This document shows positions 56,843 through 64,000 of a stretch of DNA of 64,000 nucleotides, in pieces (the first letter of the stretch is position 1; each line of letters starts with the position of its first letter). The translations under genes and the position numbers were made by a program. This DNA is from an uncultured virus (IMG/VR IMGVR_UViG_3300010885_087985) (taxonomy: Duplodnaviria; Heunggongvirae; Uroviricota; Caudoviricetes): the IMG/VR virus record IMGVR_UViG_3300010885_087985. One strand, 5' to 3'. The notes under the pieces were generated by a model, which did not search any database, was not told the DNA's origin, and saw nothing but the letters and a program-made list of their open reading frames with translations.

Positions 56843-57922
56843 ATGAGTGAAAAAATATTAATAACCGGCATCGGTGGATTCTTAGGTCACCATTGTTTAA
56901 AGTATTTTCTTGATCATACTGATTATAATATAATTGGTTTGGATAGTTTCGTTCACAAGGGTACTTGTCAAAGAATTGAAACGGTCACAGGTCCTAATCC
57001 TCGTGTTAAAATTTTTAAACATGATCTAACTGTTCCAATAGACCGTCAATTAGAAAATTTGTTATTAGATAGAAAAATTGATAAGGCAGGCAATATTGTT
57101 GATGATAGAATTGATGCCATAATCAATATTGCAAGTGATAGTGCTGTAGAACGGTCTATATCAAATCCGTCGCTTTGTTGGAAAAACAACTGCGATTTGA
57201 TGCTCACAATTTTAGAGTTCGCCAGAATTGCCAAGCCAAAAATATTTATACAGGTATCTAGTGATGAAGTGTATGGTGAAGCCCAACCACTACCATCAAA
57301 AGGGCACGAAGAATGGTCAACTATAATGCCAAGTAATCCTTATGCGGCGTCAAAAGCCGCACAGGAAGCATTGTGCATTAGTTATTTTAGGTCATATGAC
57401 GTACCAATTGTAATCACAAACTGCATGAATCTTATAGGGGAATGCCAAGACCCTGAAAAGTTTATTCCAAAAATCATACAATGCGTAGCACAAGGTCACA
57501 CTGTTCCCATTTACGGCGATGCAGACCAATCTGGAAGTCACACTGATTCTAATGGAGTGCGGTGGAATATTGGTAGTCGAGTTTATTTAGATGCTCTCAA
57601 TAAAGCTGATGCACTAGTTTTTTTAACAAAACAAAAGGTTTCTAAATATTCACAAGGATTTAAGTCCCCAGACCGGTATAATATTTGTGGTACAGAATCT
57701 CTTGATAATTTAGAAATTGCAGTATTGATTTCAAATATAATGCAAAAGCAATTAAATTATAAATTAGTAGCATGCGAAAGTGCTCGTGCGGGTTATGACA
57801 GACGATATGCTTTAGATGGATCTAAATTAGCGTCAAAAGGTTGGGTTGCACCAATACCATTTGATAGTACAATTTTGAGAATAGTTAATTCAAGTTTAAA
57901 AAATGCTCAATGGATAATTTGA
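56843..57922 (+). CDS. NDP-sugar dehydratase (dTDP-glucose 4,6-dehydratase-like SDR)
   Basis: ITG.GGFLG, SSDEVYG, PSNPYAASK, PEKFIP, D.RYALD. Confidence 0.88.
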   Translation: MSEKILITGIGGFLGHHCLKYFLDHTDYNIIGLDSFVHKGTCQRIETVTGPNPRVKIFKHDLTVPIDRQLENLLLDRKIDKAGNIVDDRIDAIINIASDSAVERSISNPSLCWKNNCDLMLTILEFARIAKPKIFIQVSSDEVYGEAQPLPSKGHEEWSTIMPSNPYAASKAAQEALCISYFRSYDVPIVITNCMNLIGECQDPEKFIPKIIQCVAQGHTVPIYGDADQSGSHTDSNGVRWNIGSRVYLDALNKADALVFLTKQKVSKYSQGFKSPDRYNICGTESLDNLEIAVLISNIMQKQLNYKLVACESARAGYDRRYALDGSKLASKGWVAPIPFDSTILRIVNSSLKNAQWII

Positions 57923-57927
57923 TTGTT

Positions 57928-58347
57928 TCATTCTTCTAATTGAACCTTGCTAACATTCCTTTGATTTCGCAAGGACTCCAGAAATAATTTTATATTTTTA
58001 AAACCATTTATTTTTATTTTAACAACATAAATATTTGAAGTCGAAGGCGTTACGCTTAAAACAGTCGCACCATACTGATTGATCAATCCAGTCACATCAT
58101 TGCTGCTAAGGTTTGTTGTATCCATTATTACTGTAATATTTGTGCTAGAAAAATTTCTATATGTGACAATAGATCCAGACGCTAGAAATAAGCATAGAGC
58201 ACAAATAGCCGCAAAGTTGGATAAGGTGCGAAATCCACGATTATTTTGTAATGATCCCATATCAACAACAACATCATTATCAGGAGGCGTGCCGCTTCTT
58301 AAAGATTTTAGATATTTTGGCAACTCATTAATGGGCATAATTTTCAT
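57928..58347 (-). CDS. hypothetical single-TM protein
   Basis: TM followed by a small alpha/beta domain. Confidence 0.6.
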   Translation of the reverse strand: MKIMPINELPKYLKSLRSGTPPDNDVVVDMGSLQNNRGFRTLSNFAAICALCLFLASGSIVTYRNFSSTNITVIMDTTNLSSNDVTGLINQYGATVLSVTPSTSNIYVVKIKINGFKNIKLFLESLRNQRNVSKVQLEE

Positions 58348-58386
58348 ATTAACCTTTTTTAATATTTAGGGCATAAGATCAAATTT

Positions 58387-59352
58387 TCATAAAATTCCAT
58401 AGCGACTAATTATGAATTTACGCAAATTGATATCAAGAACTTCATTTACCCATAAAGGGTCTATATCGTATTTTAGAATTTTATCAATATATTGTTCCAA
58501 ATGCTCATATCGAGATGCTCGATATAAACCGACTAAAAGTCCACTTTCAATGCGTGGGAAAGATGTCGTAAATCCGTAAAATTGATCGTAGACTTGCACA
58601 TTAATCTCATCTTTTGTTAATAGCGATATGTAAGTGTGTAGGTACTCATCAGATGTAAAAAAGGGTATACCTAGTGTTCCATGAAAACCATAAGTTGGAT
58701 ATTGGTTACATTCCCTATCAAATAGATCATAATTCCAGCTTAAAGCTCCATTCTGTACTGCTAAGCCCAAAATTTCTGTACTAAATGTGCGGGCTAATTT
58801 GGCAGGAGCATATCTAACACCAAGACTCGTAAACAAATCATGGTAGCATATGCAAATACGAGTATCTTCAGGCTGCTGCGGATCAAAGACAACATCATCA
58901 CTTAAACAAACATCAAGCAACAACCGGCTTCGTATGCTAAAGCCACCATTTCCAACATTATGTCCTTTAATGCAACGATCAGAATGATACCCTGTATTAA
59001 ACATACAGGCACCACATTCAAAGCACGCACCTATATAATCGTAGTACAGAAATTCATTGTTCCAACGTGAAGAGCACGCTGGCATTCCATCATATTGAAC
59101 TATCATGAAGTGATTTCCCACCACATGTTTGCCCAACTCTTTTAATATAAATTTTGAATAATCTTCACGATTTTTTAAACGATCTATTTTAAAAAAAATG
59201 CTACCAGGATAAAAATCTATGTCACTAAAAACATAAACTTTTTCACATCCTGTACACCTTATAGTGTGATCCAAAACCAATTTACATAGTTCATGTTTAA
59301 ACGTACTAACCATCACAATGGACAGTCCGTTTGTTTTACAGCTAGGATTCAC
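58387..59352 (-). CDS. DUF5672-like (glycosyltransferase-related) protein
   Basis: Q.DG....W...FL.YDYIGA, VGNGGFS.RS, ED..IC, A..FS.E, GFHG. Confidence 0.75.
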   Translation of the reverse strand: MNPSCKTNGLSIVMVSTFKHELCKLVLDHTIRCTGCEKVYVFSDIDFYPGSIFFKIDRLKNREDYSKFILKELGKHVVGNHFMIVQYDGMPACSSRWNNEFLYYDYIGACFECGACMFNTGYHSDRCIKGHNVGNGGFSIRSRLLLDVCLSDDVVFDPQQPEDTRICICYHDLFTSLGVRYAPAKLARTFSTEILGLAVQNGALSWNYDLFDRECNQYPTYGFHGTLGIPFFTSDEYLHTYISLLTKDEINVQVYDQFYGFTTSFPRIESGLLVGLYRASRYEHLEQYIDKILKYDIDPLWVNEVLDINLRKFIISRYGIL

Positions 59353-59652
59353 TGTGTCGCTTTACAAAAAACCTACAAGGTATTTTCGCAGATCATAGGC
59401 ATATTCAGAAACATCTGCAAGACCGCCTCAACATTCTTATTCACTAATGACATTCTAACAATATATAGGATATTTCAAGCAATAGCTAGTGTAGATTAAT
59501 TCACTATGGAGGGTCATCCATGTTGCTTAAAAACATAATGCTTATTTTCACCAATAAAAAAGAAGAAGAAACAAAAGAAGCTAGAATAGAGCGAAAATAT
59601 TTCAAATATTTAACGAAAAAAGCCGATAGGTCTACGAAAAAATATGGAGGAT

Positions 59653-59829
59653 TTAATCAGAGCTTGGGGAGATAAGTTCGCTTCTTAAAACGGTAATCTC
59701 CTTGTCTGCTTCAATTCCAATTCGAACTTTATTACGGTTGTCGATTCTGACAACCGTAATTTTGATATCGTCCATATTTGGACCTCTCAATATTATCGTT
59801 TCGTCTTTTTTCCTGCTTAAAACCAACAT
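59653..59829 (-). CDS. csrA: carbon storage regulator CsrA (copy 2)
   Basis: [11 protein letters not shown]....I.I.VV.I...KVRIGIEA....VLRSEL; AAGGA RBS. Confidence 0.88.
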   Translation of the reverse strand: MLVLSRKKDETIILRGPNMDDIKITVVRIDNRNKVRIGIEADKEITVLRSELISPSSD

Positions 59830-60090
59830 AAGTATCCTTTCTTTTCCTTGTTGTTCTGTCAAGTTAAATGAGTGCAATTTCTAAATAAATGCATAAATAT
59901 TTCAAAATATTTAAAAATTTTTTTTGCCTATTTTAAAGCGTTTTTTGTGTATATTCCTGTAAATTCTTATGAGTATGACTTTACAATCAGAATGCTTGGC
60001 GTATACTTGTATGGAGACTTGTTCAGGACCTTTTAAGAATATCGCCGTTATTTTAAGGTCTTTTATTTTGCAGGCGTTAGGAGAGATGTC

Positions 60091-60585
60091 ATGTCGATGA
60101 AGAGTGTTTCTAATAGAGTAGAAAAGGAGTTGTCTAACACAGTCAAAGGCTTTGAAAACCTTTTTCAGGCAATGACTGAGTATGTTGAATCTGCGATGGA
60201 TCGGCTTGTTGATACGTTTGAGAAGTGTGGCAATTTAGTTGAAAGCAAAACAATTAAATTGGCAAAGAAATCCACACAAACAAACCCAAAGAAGACTTCT
60301 AAGAAGTCTATTAAGCCATCCAAGAAGACTGCTGCTCCTAAAAAGGCTAGAAATGTTGGTGGTTTGAAAAAGAGTCTGTTAGACATTTTGCAAAATGAGA
60401 GTAATCCGCTTACAGAAGAATCCATTGCAAAGAAGCTGATGGAGAATCCTGAAAAGTATAAGTGGAATAAGAATGAAAGTACTCTTTACCAAACCCTAAG
60501 AAGGGCTGTAAAAGAGCAGTTGATTTCGGAGTCAGAAGATAGAAGTAAAGAGTCTAAAACTTACAAAGCTAGCAAGGTTGCTTAA
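60091..60585 (+). CDS. basic protein with K-rich linker and putative winged-HTH
   Basis: AGGAGA RBS; KKTSKK/AAPKK linker; LLDILQ..PLT..IA..L. Confidence 0.6.
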   Translation: MSMKSVSNRVEKELSNTVKGFENLFQAMTEYVESAMDRLVDTFEKCGNLVESKTIKLAKKSTQTNPKKTSKKSIKPSKKTAAPKKARNVGGLKKSLLDILQNESNPLTEESIAKKLMENPEKYKWNKNESTLYQTLRRAVKEQLISESEDRSKESKTYKASKVA

Positions 60586-60599
60586 AGAAAGGATTTAAA

Positions 60600-60971
60600 A
60601 TGGATAATGCTAAAAAGCCGACGAAGGCATCTACTGCCAGAGCGTTCATGGAGAAAATAGGAGCTTTTCAAAAAGTACCACCAATAGGATGGGCGAAAAA
60701 AGTTGAAGATCACTTGGAGGAAAATGGATTTAAAACCTCACCTTCAGGTAAGATGCAAGTTTATTCCATTCGTTGGCAGGCGATGAAGGACAAACTTGGC
60801 GGCAGTAAGAAAGGCATTAAAGAAGCGTTCATTGAAAAAGCGAAAAAGAATCCCGGAAATAAAGTTTCTGTTGGAGATCTTGCTTCTGCCAAGAAGTTTG
60901 CTTTTTCAAATGGTGGCATCACTAAGTGTATTGAAATTTTTAAGGCATTAGACTCTTTAATTAATTCTTAA
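60600..60971 (+). CDS. basic, putative nucleoid-associated protein
   Basis: C-terminal VSVGDL..AKKF....GG......ALD.L. Confidence 0.55.
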   Translation: MDNAKKPTKASTARAFMEKIGAFQKVPPIGWAKKVEDHLEENGFKTSPSGKMQVYSIRWQAMKDKLGGSKKGIKEAFIEKAKKNPGNKVSVGDLASAKKFAFSNGGITKCIEIFKALDSLINS

Positions 60972-60992
60972 AGATTCCTAGTTCTTATTATT

Positions 60993-61034
60993 GCAAGCCC
61001 GCTTGGAAGTTTTCAAGCGGGCTTGCGTCTTTTT
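60993..61034 (+). terminator. intrinsic terminator
   Basis: GCAAGCCCGCTTG/CAAGCGGGCTTGC plus T-run. Confidence 0.85.
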
Positions 61035-61049
61035 CACAAGGCTGTGTAA

Positions 61050-61361
61050 ATGAGATATGCATTCGATATAGATAATACTTTATTGCATACTGTTGGAAAT
61101 GACTATGAAAAATCCACGCCTATACAGCATCGGATAGATCGAGTAAATCGTCTATTTGATGAGGGGCATATCATTTATTTGTTTACGGCAAGAGGTATGG
61201 CTTCTGGTAGGAACCTATACCCACTAACAGAAAAACAAATAAATGACTTCGGCATTAAGAACCATGGAATTATAATGGGCAAACCAGATGTTGATGTGTT
61301 CGTAGATGACAAGGCTATTTCTGCCCACGAATGGGATAAGCAGTGTGACAAGAGCATTTAG
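61050..61361 (+). CDS. small HAD-family phosphatase (capsule-biosynthesis type)
   Basis: FDIDNT, TARG, GKP..D..VDDKA. Confidence 0.85.
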   Translation: MRYAFDIDNTLLHTVGNDYEKSTPIQHRIDRVNRLFDEGHIIYLFTARGMASGRNLYPLTEKQINDFGIKNHGIIMGKPDVDVFVDDKAISAHEWDKQCDKSI

Positions 61362-61461
61362 CATTGACAAGTTGCCTTGTTTGCTGTAGTATGTCTGGCA
61401 CCGTGATTCACACGGTAGCTAATTGGACACGATTCCTAATATCTGAGAAATAGGAAGTATA

Positions 61462-62031
61462 ATGCGCCTAGACCACATTGCATACAGAGTAAAAGACAGA
61501 AAAAAAACATCAGAATTTTTTATTGATGCTTTTGGCTATAAAGTTCAAACGGAATTCGACATAGACTTTCCAGACGGAAGCCAGGCAAAATGCATAGCAT
61601 TAGAGCCTCCAGAAAAACCAAAAATTGAAACATTGCACTGGGTAATCAATCAGTATGTAGGAAACCCTTTCTTAGAGAACATTCAAAAAGAAATGTTTGC
61701 TCAATTCCACATGCCGCCAGAAATATTTATCTCCGATGGCACTCCAGATTCAATCGTTGGAAAGTGGGTCGAAAAAAGAGATAATGTTGGTGGGGTTCAC
61801 CACATGGCTTATCAAGTACAAAGTGTTGAGAACACCATGAAGGAGTGGAAAGACAAAGGATACGCAGAATTCGCATCAGAAAAACCTTTAACTTGTCCTG
61901 GACTAACGCAAGTTTTTACTCGTCCATCAAATTTAACAGGAGTAATTTTTGAATTCATAGAAAGAGGAGCCAAAGGATTTTGTGTGGCTAACGTTAAAGA
62001 ATTAATGGAAAGCACAAAAGAAAACATTTAA
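61462..62031 (+). CDS. VOC/glyoxalase-superfamily protein
   Basis: LDHIAYRV, GVHHMAY.V, QVFT.P....FEFIER. Confidence 0.8.
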   Translation: MRLDHIAYRVKDRKKTSEFFIDAFGYKVQTEFDIDFPDGSQAKCIALEPPEKPKIETLHWVINQYVGNPFLENIQKEMFAQFHMPPEIFISDGTPDSIVGKWVEKRDNVGGVHHMAYQVQSVENTMKEWKDKGYAEFASEKPLTCPGLTQVFTRPSNLTGVIFEFIERGAKGFCVANVKELMESTKENI

Positions 62032-62080
62032 AAACAAAGTTGCCAACAAATAGACAAACCATTTTATACAGGATGTAATT

Positions 62081-63337
62081 ATGAACAGAAACAATTTATG
62101 TTGCGATTTTTGTGGTCAATCAAATAAGTTGGTTGGCAATTTAATAGAATCGCCTAATATCACGGAAGAGACTAATGGAAGAAAAAAGGGCACAAGCTTT
62201 TTCATTTGCCACGGGTGCGTGGAGCTTGTTTCCACTATGTGCAAGTCAGGTAAAAAATATAAAAAAGAAAAGAGCAAATACACGCTTGATATTCCAAATC
62301 CTAAACATGTAATTGAGTACATGAACCAATATATTGTTGGTCAAGAAACAGCAAAAAAAACTTTGGCTGTTGCTGTTTGCAACCATTACAAAAGAATATT
62401 CGCTCCTAGCATAAGCAAAGCTATGAACGAAACCACTATTGAAAAATCTAATGTTCTTTTGGTTGGACCAACTGGTTCTGGAAAGACTTTATTTGCAAAA
62501 ACACTTGCACAATATTTGGATGTCCCGTTTGCGATAGGGGACGCAACCACTCTCACCGAGGCAGGATACGTTGGCGAAGACGTAGAAAACTTAATCTTAA
62601 AGCTTTTGAATAATGCTGATTTTGATGTAGAGGCGGCAGAAAATGGCATCATTTATATTGATGAAATAGATAAAATCGGCAGAACGAACCAAAATGTTTC
62701 GATCACTAGAGATGTGTCAGGTGAAGGTGTGCAACAATCTCTTTTAAAGATTATTGAAGGCACTATTTGCAATGTACCTCCAGCAGGAGGTAGGAAGCAT
62801 CCAGAACAGCAGTTTATCCAAGTAGATACCACCAATATTCTTTTCATATGTGGCGGCACGTTTGTTGGTCTAGATAAGATTATTAATCGTAGATTGTGTA
62901 AGAAATCAATTGGATTTAATCCAATAGAGTCTAAAGAGTGGACAGAAGAAAACTTAATAGAAGAGGATCTTGTTCAGTATGGTTTAATTCCAGAGCTAAT
63001 CGGTCGCCTTCCTTGTGTCGCTCCACTGAAAAAGTTTGATGTGGAATCTTTAGTTTCTGTTTTATCTGAACCTAAAAACTCCATTATTAAACAATATCAA
63101 AAATTATTTTTGTGTGACAAAGTCAAACTAGAATTCACAAAAGAAGCTTTGCTTTTAATTGCTAAAAAAGCAATTGATAAAAATACGGGAGCTAGAGGAC
63201 TTCGGAGTATGATAGAAAAAATTCTTTTGGAAATAATGATAGAATCCGCAGATAATCCAAACGCAACGGTTACTGTTACCGATAAAATCGTCTCTGGCGA
63301 AGAAAAGCCTACTTTTAAAAAAAATAAAGCAGCGTGA
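62081..63337 (+). CDS. clpX: ATP-dependent Clp protease ATP-binding subunit ClpX
   Basis: C4 Zn finger, [40 protein letters not shown]. Confidence 0.96.
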   Translation: MNRNNLCCDFCGQSNKLVGNLIESPNITEETNGRKKGTSFFICHGCVELVSTMCKSGKKYKKEKSKYTLDIPNPKHVIEYMNQYIVGQETAKKTLAVAVCNHYKRIFAPSISKAMNETTIEKSNVLLVGPTGSGKTLFAKTLAQYLDVPFAIGDATTLTEAGYVGEDVENLILKLLNNADFDVEAAENGIIYIDEIDKIGRTNQNVSITRDVSGEGVQQSLLKIIEGTICNVPPAGGRKHPEQQFIQVDTTNILFICGGTFVGLDKIINRRLCKKSIGFNPIESKEWTEENLIEEDLVQYGLIPELIGRLPCVAPLKKFDVESLVSVLSEPKNSIIKQYQKLFLCDKVKLEFTKEALLLIAKKAIDKNTGARGLRSMIEKILLEIMIESADNPNATVTVTDKIVSGEEKPTFKKNKAA

Positions 63338-63509
63338 AAAAGTCGATCTTTAGAGCATGATTTCTATGGCTTTTAGATCTTTACTCTGCCAGAAATTTAA
63401 TTTTTTTGTGGCAAAGTACTATATTAATTTAGACAAAAACGGCTATCATGATTTAGCAAGTTTTGCTTGATCGCTTTTTTGCCATGTTCTCTTATTAACG
63501 GAAATTTTA

Positions 63510-64000
63510 ATGTATATAGCATCTACTTTTTTTAATGAAAAAACATGGGAAGACTTGGGCAGCAATTGGCTTAATAAGGCAAAAAGACTAAGGCTTTCTG
63601 GTATAATAATAGTATCAAATTTTAGCGAAGAAAATAAAAAAAAGGTGCAGGCTGCTTGTTCTTCAAATAATTTTTCTGTTGTGGAATCGTTATCTGGAGA
63701 TCCTGTTGATATTTTTTGTAGTTTAGCTTCAAACCTAAAAAACGAAAGATGCCTTTTCTCTTTGCCTACCATAGACCCCACTTTAAAGCTATCAGAAACT
63801 AGGGATGCACTTTGCAAGACTGTATCTGCTGAGCCTATTAAAATGATTCGTTCAATTATGAACCTAAACGACAGAGTAAATGCAATTAATTCAATAGACG
63901 AAATAAAAAAGAAGTATGGAGGAATTCTTTGCTCTGATTCTATTTTGGGAACCGCAGATTTTTGGAAAAGCTTTGCCGGTTTTCAACTTTACCTTAAAAA
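63510..64000 (+). CDS. hypothetical protein, 3' truncated by the window end
   Basis: Frame MYIASTFFNEKTW.. stays open to the end. Confidence 0.55.
   Translation, partial: MYIASTFFNEKTWEDLGSNWLNKAKRLRLSGIIIVSNFSEENKKKVQAACSSNNFSVVESLSGDPVDIFCSLASNLKNERCLFSLPTIDPTLKLSETRDALCKTVSAEPIKMIRSIMNLNDRVNAINSIDEIKKKYGGILCSDSILGTADFWKSFAGFQLYLK

Noticed and set aside
1..64000. Stop-codon reassignment as seen in some large phages
   Set aside because: Conserved genes are full length in code 11 and end at TAA, TAG and TGA.

Overview
AT-rich, gene-dense and mostly + strand DNA. It reads as part of a large (jumbo/huge) bacteriophage genome rather than a cellular chromosome: many short orphans, scattered single copies of host-like genes, PhoH, a tRNA locus, homing endonucleases and inteins, in standard genetic code. 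Replication genes: a DNA polymerase III alpha split into two genes, a ligase-like protein and a ParB-like protein. Translation and proteostasis genes: bS21, IF3, peptide deformylase, two CsrA, GroES, DnaJ, ClpX. Transcription genes: a sigma-like factor and a stand-alone RNAP alpha-CTD. Metabolic and glycan genes: ThDP decarboxylase, aldehyde dehydrogenase, ACP, GmhA, an RmlB-like enzyme, glycosyltransferases and methyltransferases. Also an SpoVR gene with two LAGLIDADG inteins. Several protein families tentatively suggest a Planctomycetota host. Main highlights: (1) the DnaE intein (11131-12300) has no in-frame endonuclease, but a complete Vsr/PD-(D/E)XK-like endonuclease gene with its own RBS is overprinted in the +1 frame (11426-12289); (2) a group I intron-containing tRNA-Leu(UAA) gene is broken apart by an insert carrying an intronless tRNA-Leu(UAA) and an HNH gene; (3) the two dnaE halves overlap by a degenerate duplicated palm segment and have no split intein; (4) a non-autonomous IS200/IS605 remnant keeps its omega-RNA-like end; (5) a TATATA-type candidate late promoter co-occurs with T4-like capsid-targeting N-termini. 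All calls come from reading motifs by eye; no searches were run.
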